Positions 42,043-54,548 of a DNA stretch of 64,000 bases are shown here, one piece after another. The stretch is taken from assembly GCF_011386835.1 (NCBI RefSeq), contig NC_088805.1, forward strand, positions 32,302,001-32,366,000, read 5' to 3'. The DNA comes from Chrysemys picta bellii. Taxonomy: Eukaryota. The position numbers and the translations under genes were made by a program. The notes beneath the pieces are model-generated. The model was given only the letters and a program-made list of their open reading frames with translations, searched no databases and was not told where the DNA came from. Within the stretch, counting starts at the first letter, position 1. Every line of letters starts with the position of its first letter.

Positions 42043-43374
42043 CGTGATGCTGGCAGACCAGGTGCCAGCTCAGGCCTCACTGAACACTGACTCCAGTCTG
42101 GCTCGCCTGTGCGTTAGCATCGTTAAACATAGATATTAGATGTTACGTTGATAGGGGTGTGTTTAGACTTTATAAAATGCTTGTAGAATGCTGCATATAT
42201 TGATCTCATTTATAACCTCTGCAGCCCATGGGTATCAAGTTATACTGAGTGTTTGCATTGTAAAGCTCTGTAATTGTGTAACTCACCAAACATGATAAGA
42301 AGCATTAATTAAGATAAAGTGCTCAAGAGGGCCCACTGACGGGCAGATAAGGCATTGTGTAGCATCAAAGGAAAGAGGCCCTGTTGATTGCATTCCTAAC
42401 TCCCTCCAGGAAGGGGAGATCTACCATGAGCTCATCCCATCAGTTTTGGACTCCCGGGGGCAGAGGGGATAAAAATTCCTGACAATAAGACTGGGTCTCC
42501 TTTCATGCTGTCTGGACTCTGAGGGGCAAAGATTCCTAAACATAAGCAAAGAGACCCCCATGCAGCTTGTAATGGGTTAGCCCTGAAAAGACATTCAGTG
42601 CTGACAGATTAGTGCATTTCTGCCACCTTTCGGAAGTCATTTGTACATAGATGTTGCCCGCTTTAACCTGTAAATAACACAGATTCCTTTTTCCTAGTTA
42701 ATAAATCTTTCATTGGTTTATTACAGGACTGGCTACCAGCATTGTCTTTGGTGAGAGCACTGAGGTACAAATTGATCTGGGTAAATGACTGCTCTCTTGG
42801 GACTAGGAACAACCTGAATATTTTGCCATTTTTGGTGTAAGTGACCGTTTATCGCTAAGTCCAACTTGTCTGGGCGGCAAGAGAGATGCAGTGCCCAAGG
42901 GGACTGTCTGTGACTCCATGGTGACATAGGCGCCGGCTTCTTCTGGCGCCAGAGGGTGCTCGACCTCCCTCTGCCCCCAGCCCCGACTCCACCTCTGCCC
43001 CGCCTCCTCCCCTGAGCGCACCACGTTCCCGCTCCTCCCCCCTCCCTCCTGGAGCTTACTACAGCTGTTCGGCGGCAGCAAGCGCTGGGCGGTAGGCAGA
43101 GGAGCGGGGACGCACCACGCTCAGGAAAGGAGGTGGAGGAGGAGGTGAGGTGGGTGCTTGGCTGCCGGTGGGTGCAGAGCACCCACTAATTTTTCCCTGT
43201 GGGTGCTCCAGCCCCGGATCACCCATGGAGTCAGCACCTATGCATGGTTACAGTAATCCAGGAATTCACATTTGTAGTTTGGTGAAATTTAATTGTAGAA
43301 AAAAAACCCAGTTTGGGATGTTTTCCCTGAAGTAGGCACTGTCCCGGCCATGAACCACTCCAGGCAGCATGACA
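42043..43374 (+). mobile_element. Probable solo LTR interrupted by a hAT MITE
   Basis: About 1 kb once the hAT is removed; internal AATAAA; ends ...TGACA; flanks gagac/cagac resemble a 5-bp TSD; no internal ORF. Confidence 0.6.
42925..43242. mobile_element. hAT MITE nested in an LTR
   Basis: Ends CATAGGCGCCGGCT / AGTCAGCACCTATG; TSD catggtga/catggtta. Confidence 0.8.
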
Positions 43375-43806
43375 CAGACTACATCGAGGGACGGGGTTTG
43401 GCTTTGCTATAGAAACTCCACTTCCTGGCAAATTCTTCCTTAGGTCAGCATAGTTACAGTGCTTGGGGTGTGGATTTTTCACCCCCTTGAGCACCAGAGC
43501 GATCTCCATCGCAATTTGAAGTGTAGACCAGGTCTAAGGTTTGGGGAAACTGTTTCCTTCTATTTTGATCTGCAGTTTGTTTAAAGTGCTAACGAGCCTC
43601 TGCTCTGTGAGGGGGAAGCTGCTCAAACTCCCCTCCAAGTTGAGTTTTCAGGCTACACAGGGTTTAACAGATGTTTCCACATACCATTGCTTTTCCATTC
43701 CCTGCCTTTACCTCCCCTTGGATTACTCAGTCTGCTCCAATTAATCTCCCCAGAAAGACAGAATCTGCACTTCATCCAGCTCTCCTGCAGAGCTCACTCT
43801 GTCTTC

Positions 43807-44055
43807 AGCCTGGTCTATATTTAAAAATGAGACTGACCTAGCGGCATTGCTCACAGCTGTGAAAAATTTCATGTCCTAAGCACTGTAGTTAGGTTACCTA
43901 ATGCCCAGTATAGACCAGGCTAGATGGATTCTTCCACTGACCTAGCCAAAGGTGGATTAACTACAATGACCCCCCAAAAAACTCTTCAGTCACTACAGGA
44001 AGTGTCTACACATAGCCGCAACACCACAGATGTGCCGCTGTCGCATACACATGCC
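43807..44055. mobile_element. Degenerate Harbinger-like MITE
   Basis: GCCTGGTCTATA start, internal GTATAGAC/GTCTACAC motifs typical of this family. Confidence 0.55.
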
Positions 44056-44462
44056 TTTCGTCTGCACCCATTATCTGCTTTCCTAGCAGTTGAACACCAG
44101 CCTAATCAGAAGTGGCACAAGAACAATTATTTCTGGGATGGGAATTACTTCTCGACTATTAAGTCCTGCTGAACCTTTAACTATGTTAAGACTTTACCCA
44201 CGTTGCCAAAACAATGCATTCAAGTGCAGTCAGCTGTATGAGAAATACAAACCAATATGGAAGCTTCAGATTAACAGTTCTAAGAGTTATGCTTCTAGGA
44301 TTAGCAAGTGCTGAACACATAGCTACCGAGAAAGGTGAAGAGAGACAGCATGCTAGGAACACGTTCACCTCATAACACTCAGCTGGAGCATTGACTCCTT
44401 GCAGTTCTGTTCCTGCCCTGGAAGAGGAGATGGAGGCAGGAGTCATTTAAGGAAAGAACTAA

Positions 44463-44731
44463 GGCCTTGGCTACACTCGCGGATTCACAGCGCTGTGAAG
44501 CGAGAGTGTAGTCGCGCCGCCAGCGCTGTGAGAGCTCTCTCGTAGCGTTGCAAGTACTCCACCTCTCCGAGGGGAATAGCTTGCAGTGCTGTGAGCGAGT
44601 GTGCAGCGCTGCAGACTCTGATTACACTGGCACTTCACAGCGCTGCGCTCGGGGGGGGGGGGAGGGGGTGTTTTTTCACACCCCTGAGCGCAGCAAGTGC
44701 AACGCTGTGAATTGCCAGTGTAGCCAAGGCC
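44463..44731. mobile_element. PIF/Harbinger MITE
   Basis: Perfect 15-bp TIR GGCCTTGGCTACACT; TAA TSD on both sides. Confidence 0.9.
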
Positions 44732-44850
44732 TAAGAGCCCAATTTCATTCTATTTTAATTCTGTGTAATTACTGGCGATTTCACAGCTATATGATTAAGA
44801 ATAGCCAATAATGAAGGAGAAGACTGACTACAGCACAGAGAAATACAAGA

Positions 44851-45130
44851 CACAAAAAGTCAACTTCAAGGTCTCAGATCGTATCTTCACGGTGCTCAAC
44901 GATCTGGGCCCAGGATACCTAAACGAGCTGGAAACTCTCGGATAAGGACCGTGGTTGACAACTCTTGTTCCTCTGGCCCCAGAGTAAAGCTTCTTGGGGC
45001 AGGACACGGCACTTTCTCAGGGGCCGCCAAGGCTGGAATGAACTCCTCCAGCAATTAAGGACCATCACAAACCTAACAACTTCTGCTCCTAGTGCAAGGT
45101 CCATTGTTTCAACCGGGCTTCGCTAACACA
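44851..45130 (+). mobile_element. L2-type LINE ORF2 C-terminal relic
   Basis: Translates as KVNFKVSDRIFTVLNDLGPGYL followed by a degenerate WNELP-like block. Confidence 0.65.
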
Positions 45131-46774
45131 CACACTGCAGCATAGGCATTAAAAATAACCCCCCAAATCCTACCAAAACAGAACCCTCCACTGCACACAC
45201 AATCCTCTCCATCAGACCCAGCAAACCACACATGACAGATGTTCACCACAACACTTCATGTCTGACTGGAAGGTGCTGAGATACTACATTGACGAAGGCA
45301 TGATAAGAACCAACAGACCAGAACAAGAGCATCTCCGAGACGGACAAGTAACTCTGGCAGGAAACCTTTTGACTTGTTTAATTACACTCCCTAATGAGAA
45401 CACACCAAGCCAAGGCAGGCTGAAATTGACAGCGTGTGTATGAAGTTGGGGCAGACACTAAGGCGCCAAAGAAACATGGAATTAATCAATAGTAAAATGA
45501 CCTTGGTCGGACCATTTTGAGAACAAGTTGACTATATTTAAGGGTCTGGATTTGGGCTCTCTGTTTAGGGAACTGACAAACAGGTGTACACAGTAATACA
45601 GATTAAAACTTTTTCCTACTTGATAGTTTCCTCCCCCTCCAATAAATACATCAGCTTTTCTAGCTTCTTGATTCTCTGAATGGAAACTGCCCAACAAATA
45701 ATGAAGAAAGATGCTGACCGAAATAAAAGTCTCAGACTCTTCTGTTTCTATGGTTCCCATATTAAGCACTTAATCACAAGCCCAGTGCATGGAAAATAAT
45801 TTATACCCAGTAACGACAGGGTGAGGGGAAAAAGATATAACTACTCAAGAGTAAAGCAGGGTAAACCAATCTCCCCCACTAAAATTCTTCTTTCCCGCCC
45901 CCCTAAAAAACTCAGCAGAGAGAAATGAAGGAGTAGTGACCCAAGTACGAGTAAGTACTAGACACATGCTGCAGTCCATTCGTGCACTACGCTGTCTGGA
46001 AAGGTCCGTCAGGTTGAACAGCAAGTGTTGTGCATGTGTAGAGCCGAATACATCAAAAATCCTCTGTGGTGCAAACGGAACCTAGGATGAAGGCGGAGCC
46101 TGATCCAATAACGTATGTGTCACTAAAAAACAAATGACTGGAAGTACGGGAAACACCCATCACACACAGCTCTGGCTGCTGGAACCAGCCCCAAGTGAGT
46201 CATCTTTACATGCAGCATTAAGGGTCTTCACATTTACTAGCAATTTTTTTTTGGTATAAATCCTACCTTACCCCCAAAAACCTCACCACGTTCCCCACAC
46301 GGCTGGAAGGCTAAAGTTTGTCTTGTGCACCTGCGTGGGGCAAAGGGCCTGCTAGATAAAACCATTTAATTTCTGCCAAAAGCTTTTTCAAATCCACATT
46401 CCCAGGGTTAAGAACCAGCTCGCTCTCATTTGTACACGCAGGCGTTGGCAGTTGCAAATTAAGGGCTGTTTTTGTACCAGAAAATCCAAAGACACAAATT
46501 TAAATGAAAAACAACAAAATCTTTTATTTCCCAAGGCAGCAAACTGCAACCGCTCAAAGACCCCTTTGTCAGTTACTGGTACAGCCTGGGACTGCAGTTC
46601 TGTTAATGCACCTAACCCTATTAACATCCAGTGTCAGGGGCGCTCTGTTACCGAGGGTGTCAGACACTGAACGAGAGGGAAAAACAAGGCAATGACAGTT
46701 GTGGTCATTAAAACAATCCTGACATTTTTTGTAAGTATTGGGGTGTAAACCCCTCAAATCCATGGAGTGCAGAG

Positions 46775-46870
46775 CCTTGGACAAAGGTAAGCATCTATCT
46801 CCATTTTAAAGGCTGCACAGAGAGGTCACACAGCAAGCCAGGGGCAGAGCCAGGAATAAAAGGTCCTGGC
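46775..46870 (-). mobile_element. MIR/CORE-SINE relic
   Basis: CCATTTT..CACAGAGAGGTCACACAGCAAG..GGCAGAGCCAGGAAT. Confidence 0.55.
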
Positions 46871-47637
46871 AAATTGCAGTTTGGGAATTCTGCCTCCCTA
46901 AGACTTCCTCCTCCTTGTGTGTGCAAACGTTTATTCTTCAGCGTCTGCCCCAAATTGCTGCAGTGCTGCTGGGTGCTATTAATCAGCACCTCAGAGGCGG
47001 CTGCATTGATGCGTACGAGAGTGGAAAGAATTGGCCTCTGCAGGACAGATTGTGAAGTTGGCTGAGCCCTTACGCTAGCGCTCGATTAAGCTTTGGTTAC
47101 CTAGTAAAAGCTAATCACCATCACGTTTTAGGGCTTTCAGAATGCCACGAACATCAGCGAGAACAGGATGAAGCGTCATTGTGGGGAGAGCCATCTGGCT
47201 CTCTTGCTGTGTCCTCTACCCCTGGAATCCAACGGGCGGGCATGGACCACCACCAAAAATGCACAGACATGTGTCCGCACACCTGGCCTGATTTGCCAAG
47301 CTCCTGAACAGCTGAAAGAAGCTTCACTAGCAGGAGCTGTGGACGCTCAGCACCTCTGGGGGTAAAAAAATAAAAATATCCGAGACCTTGTGTGTCCAAT
47401 GAAATTTCAAGGCCCTTGTGGAAAAGGATCTTGTCCTCCTCCAAGCATTGTGCAGCACCAAGCACACTGCAAGTGCCCAGTGAGCAATAAGCATTCAAAT
47501 AACAATTTATCAAAATACTATTCAGCCAGGAGCTCTGCATTTGGATTTGTGAATGGAACAGATTAGCAAAGATGTGCTTGCTTCCAGGCCTTCCATTATT
47601 GTTCCATTCTGTTCAATTTTACTGAACTCTGAACTGA

Positions 47638-47754
47638 AGTGAGCTGTAGTCCACGAAAGCTTATGCTCTAATAAATTTGTTAGTCTCTAAGGTGCCACAA
47701 GTACTCCTGTTCTTCTTTTTGCGGATACAGACTAACACGGCTGCTACTCTGAAA
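47638..47754 (+). mobile_element. Penelope-like element terminal fragment (family A)
   Basis: Starts in hammerhead stem II and ends with the tail; 10-bp TSD TCTGAACTGA. Confidence 0.88.
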
Positions 47755-48310
47755 TCTGAACTGAGTGACATTTAACATAACACCCACTGCCCTTCATTGA
47801 ATGGAGTTTGTCGTTACAAACACAGTTTTAATGAGCTGTCAGTTACTCAGGCAAACGAAACAACGGTGGTTTGACACATCAACTGTTGGTTTTCTCAGAA
47901 GGCTATGAAATAACTATACTAAATTTTCATTAAACTGTCCTGATCTCTGCTTTGGCCACCTATAATCTCAGATCAAAACATCCCTAAATTCATTGAAAGG
48001 CACCCAAAACAGGACGTCGCCCTAGGGAGAAACATGAATAATTGCAGGGTGTTTAAACGTCCGACCTACGGGCTCAGCTTCAGGAAATCTGCTGAAGAAG
48101 AGTCATGATCGAGTTGGAATATCCAGAAGAAAAAAGCGATATTCCTGAACTGGGGGCTGCAACATTGTGCACAGACGACAGTCCCACATGTACACATCCC
48201 CTTCTAGTCCAGTCGGGGGTTCTAAACCCTCAGGTACAAACTCCTCCGAGACGAGGCAATGTCAACTTTCTGCTCCTCCAAGTGAAGAAAACAAAATTCA
48301 AACCAGAGAG

Positions 48311-48565
48311 CAGGGCCGGCGTTGGACTCGCTGGGGCTCAGGGCAGAAAGCCGAAGCCCGAGCCCCGCCGCACAGGGCTGAAGCCCCAGCCTGAGCAACA
48401 CATCTTCCTGGGGCCCCGGGCAGTTGCCCTGCTTGCTAACCCCCTAACACCGGCCCTGGCTTTTAAGTTACTGGCTATGCAGGAAACCAGTTGTTGCGGC
48501 ACAGGCGGGCCAAGGAATTTTTATAGCGTGTTGGGGGCCCCAGGAAGAAAAAGGCTGAGAACCCA
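48311..48565. mobile_element. Probable hAT-like fragment
   Basis: CAGGGCCGGC start and ...GGCTGAGAACCC end; no clear TSD. Confidence 0.4.
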
Positions 48566-48862
48566 GGTTTAGGTTTCACCCAGGAGCCATCAGCTGGATG
48601 TGCAGAACTGCTTCTTCTCCAGGCAGAGAGAAGGGGAGGAGTTAAATTATGGATTCCACAGGGGCCCATCTTTATAATCCTACCCATGCCATTTTTGCAT
48701 TTACCAGAAAAACCAATAAGACAAGACACGCCCTAATCCAGTCAAACCCTTTGCTCCCATGCTCCTGGCACAGCTACATTCTCGCCAGCAGATCCATCTC
48801 CAGTGCCACGGAGGAACAGGAGCCCCAGAAAAATCCCAGCTCCTTCTGTCTCTGGGATTACA

Positions 48863-49047
48863 GTAAGAAGAAGAACAGGAGGACTTGTGGCACCTTAGAG
48901 ACTAACAAATTTATTAGAGCATAAGCTTTCGTGGACTACAGTCCACGAAAGCTTATGCTCTAATAAATTTGTTAGTCTCTAAGGTGCCACAAGTCCTCCT
49001 GTTCTTCTTTTTGCGGATACAGACTAACACGGCTGCTACTCTGAAAC
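48863..49047. mobile_element. Penelope-like element palindrome (family A)
   Basis: Fold-back centred in stem II; 11-bp TSD CTGGGATTACA. Confidence 0.9.
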
Positions 49048-52000
49048 CTGGGATTACACTGTTGTTGTTATCGGTCTGTAACTCTCCTGGACCCAAATCT
49101 GAACCAAACTGCTGGCAATTATCTCCCCACTGAGAAATGTCTCAGTGCTACAACAACTTGTGGGTTCTCAGGTTTTGCTTTGAACTCACTTGGCCATGAG
49201 CACAACCTGGAAACCAGCTGCTTGTTCTTAGCACCCCAGGGCTAGGCACAAATGCTTAATGCAGCAGAAGTTTCTTTTATTATCAGTCATTCATGCTGTA
49301 AGAGCCTGGGACAAGGAACAAGCGGATCAAAGGATAAACATGGAGAAGGGAGACACTTCTACAAATCCAGGGCTAGGGAGACATAGCCTCACCTCTGCGC
49401 TATTACCCCACGTTATCATACAACAAAACTCTGGTTGCTATAAACCACTCCACGTTATGTAAGCACAAGTTAGGGCTGGCACGGAAGTGCTAGAATTGGC
49501 AATCAAGATGAACTACACTTCTTTTGGCTTCGGAGGAGGAGTCTCTCCAAACTGGTAGACAATTAAACAGAGGCAGGTGTTTAAAAGAAGCGCAGAGTAC
49601 AATTCTGCAAGCTTTCCTGGAGCCAAAACATGCCGAGCAGTGAATAGCGGGCTCCCGAGAAAGGTCCTGCATTGTAGGCAATTACCTACATTTCCAGGCT
49701 TATCAAACCTAAAGTAAAAAATAAATAGGGGCCGTGCACAAACAGACATTCTGTTAAGCCCTGAATGCTGACAATAAGCTTCCTAAAGGAATAATGGGCC
49801 CATCTGAAGATTCAGCTGTGCAGTGCCAAATAAAACTGCCTGCTGAGTACTTATTTTCTTTCTCTAAAAAACATTCTGGATATTTTTTGGATTTTCTAAT
49901 GTTTCACGTAATCCTGCATCTACCTCCTAGAGACTCAGCACGTCCGTAACAAGAAGCTATTCTAGTCTCAGCTACTCCTTAGGATACAACACCCAGTTCA
50001 ATGCTTTAAACCGACCATCAGGTGCAGCACGGGCAGCAGCAAGTCACTACGCAACACCTTCCTCACCAGCGTATCTCAAGCCCTGTGCTGCGGGGACCAC
50101 TGCCAGGAGTTCAATCTGGGCATCTCCCCCGAAATTGCCAACAAAGGTGGCGACGGGGACAGCCGCTAGCATGAGGCGAACACCTGCCCACTCAGTAAGG
50201 CAGCGGCTGGGTCTGCAGCCTCATACCAAATTTACTCCGCAAATGGTTTATAGCATAAAACGATAATGGCAGAGGAAGAGACTCAGATGCAAGCAAGAGA
50301 TATGTTCCAGGACTGAAAGGAAACAGTGCGGCAGGAAGACAGCCCCCATCAGATAGTAATCAGTGTCTTTTGATGAACCTGGAGGTGGCAAAACGCCACA
50401 TCCTGTCCCCCAACCCATCCCTGCCCCCTTCATTACAATTATTGTCACTAAAGCTGCCTCGTGTGTTCAGTCTCGGCAAGCTGTTTTGGGGGGTTGTTTT
50501 CACCCCAGAACAGCTACCCACGGGTTCTTCAAGATGTTACAATCCCACTTTGCTGGAGGGAGGGAGAGGCAAAAAACATACTGAAGCTGAGAGACACAAA
50601 ACAAACATAGGCAATGCTTAAAAGGAGGCGCGACCTCAAGCAAAGAGGAGCTCCGGTGCCCTGAGGTTCAAACTTCAGATTAGGAGTGCTCTGTGAAAAC
50701 CAGCCCTAGTACCGCGTCTACAGAACAAGGGCACGTGCTCTATTTTTACCCTTTCACAACTTCTCACGTGGACCCTGCTGAACTTTAGTCTCCGGCCTGG
50801 GCCTGGCTCCTGCCAATGGGATTTTTAAGAACTAAAAAAGCAATCAAGAGTTTCTGGATACAGAAAGAGTCTTGGGGAGGATGGTGCTGATGTATCTCTG
50901 TGGACTCAGTCACAGCTGCAGAATCAGACAGCTACACTGCCTTTCCGTGCCCTCAAACCAAGCCGGCGAGCGAGCTCTTAAAGAGAATCAATCCACTAGC
51001 TTAGACACTGAGGGGAGGGGTCCCAAGGAAGCCGGGTCCTTGAGGAATCCAAACAGAAGAGGAGCAGAACTCAGCTCCCCCACCCTCTCCTCAACTCCAC
51101 TTCCCTGGGGAATGCAGCAGTCGCACCTGGGGGGCTGGAGAACACGGAAGGGAACAAAGGAGCTGTCACAAGCTTGGGAGTTACCCCGGGGCACTTCCCG
51201 AGAGTCCAGGACGTAAGTTGTTTGTGGAGCAAAGAGCACGTGCCCAGCTCTGTACAAAAAGCTGAAAAACACTGTCCCCACAGCACAAGTTCATCTTCAG
51301 CAGGGCTGCGTCCACAGCAGCGCCTGGCCTGACCCGGGGCCACCACCTCCTAAAGAACGGATGAGGCAGGAATAGCTTCCTCCATTCGTTAGAGAGAAGC
51401 AGGTGACCTTCCAAATGGGAGGAGGGCAATAATAACCACGGCTTTACAGAGCTGATCACTTCTCTCTGCTCTTGGATTAATCCTTGCTCCTTGGCAAAGA
51501 TGGAGAGATGCACCAATGGGGCAACAGGCAGGAACTACGTTCCCCCGACTGCTTGCCCCACCCATGCTCCAAAGGCTATCTGAGCTTTGCAATGCAGCAG
51601 CCCAGAAATGGATAATAGCTCTTTCCACCCTTTACTATCAGTGTGGGAGAAATAACTAACAGTTACCAATTATGCAGGAGGGCTACTTGCTCTCCATGCT
51701 TTGGCCTTGAACAGACGTTAAAAAAAAAAAAAAGTTTTGCAGACAATATAATGAAAGCTGCAGCCCATTTCTAATGCCCCCAGATCACCCCCTTGCAGTA
51801 CTAGTCCACAGGACTATGTCACTAGCGCTAAAACCACCCAAAAAGATTCAGTGCCAAAGAGCAGTTACTGGCCGTTCATTTTATCAGATTCTTGCTCGCA
51901 ATGGCATATAAAACCCCCATAGTACGGGGGTAATGGCTGCAGCTTACCAGGCATCAGAAGTGTCATGGAGTAAAAATTCTAGCCCATAATATTTAAATAT

Positions 52001-54336
52001 TTTCTCTAAACAGTTCAGTCATTGTCAGTATTGAGGCTGAGCGGATCATTCAGAACACCACATTTATTAACTGAACTTCATCTCCATTTACAAAACGTTC
52101 ATGAGCAGAGTGTGAAATTCTCGTAAGTATTAGTTATCTGGGAAGTCGCTCCCAAATCTGTGTGGCACTTGTCTTCCTATATGAATGGGTCACAAGCAGT
52201 TTGTTGCAAATATTCAATACCTGAACGTCAGAACTTGGGCCACGCTGGTCACCTTCACAGGCGATACGGTACTATTTCTGTTCCCTCGTGGGATGACAGA
52301 TGTAGCTAGTCACGGGAGTGCAAATGATATTCAAAAGATGCTAGTCAAAGCTGGCTTTTCATGGAACATTTGGTCTGGGCAAGATTTCATGTGAGTTAAG
52401 CTAGACTGCTGCATTAGTCACAAAGAAGTGACCACAAATTTGGTTTTGAATTTGGATGTTATTGAAAAACTTCCTCAACTTTCCACTTGATTCTAGTCAC
52501 CACTCTCGTGCGAAACCCCTTCTGACAAGTTTCAACACTCTGTTGTGTGAAGGGGAGGGGTAAATCTAGGAAATGGCACGGAGTACCTGTGACCGGCTTA
52601 GAGTGGGGAAAAGAAGAGGGAACTCAAATTGTGAAGCAGCTTTTAGAGAATAGACAGGAAAATGAATACAGCAGCAGGGACTGTTGTGACAAAGTGCAGG
52701 CCCAAATGTCTGAATATCCCCAGTGACCAACAGGCAGTCAGCAGAGAAGAGAGCTGGGAATGTGCCACAGGAGGCACAAAAGGGCTGTAATTCTGGCCAC
52801 ACGCACCAGGAATTTGAAGTTGTGGAGGGAATATATTGAATTTGTCTCTCACCTCCTTCCTACGCTGTATTGCAAGATGCTGCCCACACAGAGAGCGAGC
52901 AGCAGATGCAGGCAGAGTTTTAGTGAGAGGTTTAGGGAGGAAGTGGCTGGGGGTGGTGAAAGAGCTCCAAATAGGGGGGGAAGCAGCATGTTCAGTGTTA
53001 AAAAGCCTCTCAGATGTTCACCGTTGAGTCATGCGAAGGCACAGCACACAAGCTGCCCTGTGTCAACAATCTGCGTGTGAAAGAGGGAAATAGAGACTAC
53101 AGACCATTCCTCCACTGCAGGAGGAAAAAAGAAGCCCAAATATTTGAGAAGAGGCGTTGCACAGGAGCAACTCAGTATGGTCCATAGTCCTGCATGAGCA
53201 CAAACCCAGAGAAAGCTTCTTAAATTCGCACTAGGCGAGAGAGAGTTAGGGGATGTCCCACAGATCTGCCCGATCTAGTTGTTTAAGCCCGGGCCATCTT
53301 TGGCTGCTCTGCTCTGCTCAGTACGCAGAGTACCATTTTTCCAGGTGTGGGTATGTGGTCTGTACCTGCAGATTTAGGAGGAAAAAGATGGGCCAGGCAC
53401 TTCCGCCAAGGTCAAATTTCTGTTGTCAAACTTCATCTCCCTGTCTCTCTTGAGCAGAGAGTTAGAACAGTCACGGTCAGAAGTTTTCACTGATACTCTG
53501 AAAAAAAGCGGCATGTGAAATAACCTTCCTCCAGCAAGGGAAAGGGAGTTACTCCTTCACCTTTTGGTAACTCAGAAACGAGCATCCTACCTTCACTGAA
53601 CAGAAGTTTGAGGGTTACCGGCAGGTCATCAATTGCAAAACTAAACATCTTTCTACATAAAATCCTGAGTTATGCAAGGCAGGTTTGGTTGGGCTACCAC
53701 ATCACACACGTTCTGGGAACCCTCCCACCCCACTACAGTTACGTGTGTTCACTGCCAAGTTCCAGAGAGCATGATACCTGAATGTATCATCTGCTAGAGC
53801 CAGCCAATCACCCCTTCCCATTTGCAGCAGCATCAGGCTATATTCATTAATTGGCTATGCTTGTTAGTTAACTAAACTATATAACAAAGGGATGGTGCCC
53901 TTCAGACTCCGATTTGCCAGTCCGCAGCTATTAACATGCCTGCTTGTACAAAGCCACCAAGAAAGGAGGGAAGTGCCCACACAGACACATGTGTGAGGGT
54001 GGAGGGGGAGAGAATGGGAGAAGCAAACTGCAAGGCAGTGTTAATTAGAAAGTCAATATCCATCACAGGAGGGCAAATCACAAGGTGAATGCTTTACATC
54101 ATTCTAACCCAAGAACAAAGAGACTTCCCCCAGCCTGAAGTGGAATAGGGCAATGCTGGTAGGCAGCAGAGTGAAAGGAGAGTGATTTGGAGGAATAACA
54201 CCTCATGTTCTTAGCTCTCTTGCTCTACCAGCATCTGCACACTACCGTCCTAAGGTAAGAATTTCCAGCATCTCTACCGAGATTCTACTAGCCCCCACTT
54301 AGATCACAGATTGTAAAATGTTCCAGAAATATACCG

Positions 54337-54548
54337 CAAAAAGAACAGGAGTACTTGTGGCACCTTAGAGACTAACAAATTTATTAGAGCATAAACTTTC
54401 GTGGACTACTACGTGGATGCATCTGAAGAAGTGGGCTGTAGTCCACGAAAGCTTATGCTCTAATAAATTTGTTAGTCTCTAAGGTGCCACAAGTACTCCT
54501 GTTCTTTTTGCGGATACAGACTAACACGGCTGCTACTCTGAAACCTGT
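54337..54548. mobile_element. Penelope-like element inverted/direct copy (family A)
   Basis: 13-bp TSD CAGAAATATACCG; the direct arm has an intact hammerhead core. Confidence 0.9.
54419..54458 (+). ncRNA. Minimal type I hammerhead ribozyme motif (PLE-associated)
   Basis: Stem I GCAT/ATGC; core CTGAAGA; stem II GTGGGC../..GTCCAC; GAAA; palindromic stem III AGCT. Activity untested. Confidence 0.7.

Noticed and set aside
45498-45506. CCAAGGTCA (NR5A/SF-1-type site) in TPST2 intron 1
   Set aside because: About one such 9-mer is expected by chance over both strands of 64 kb, and there is no supporting cluster.
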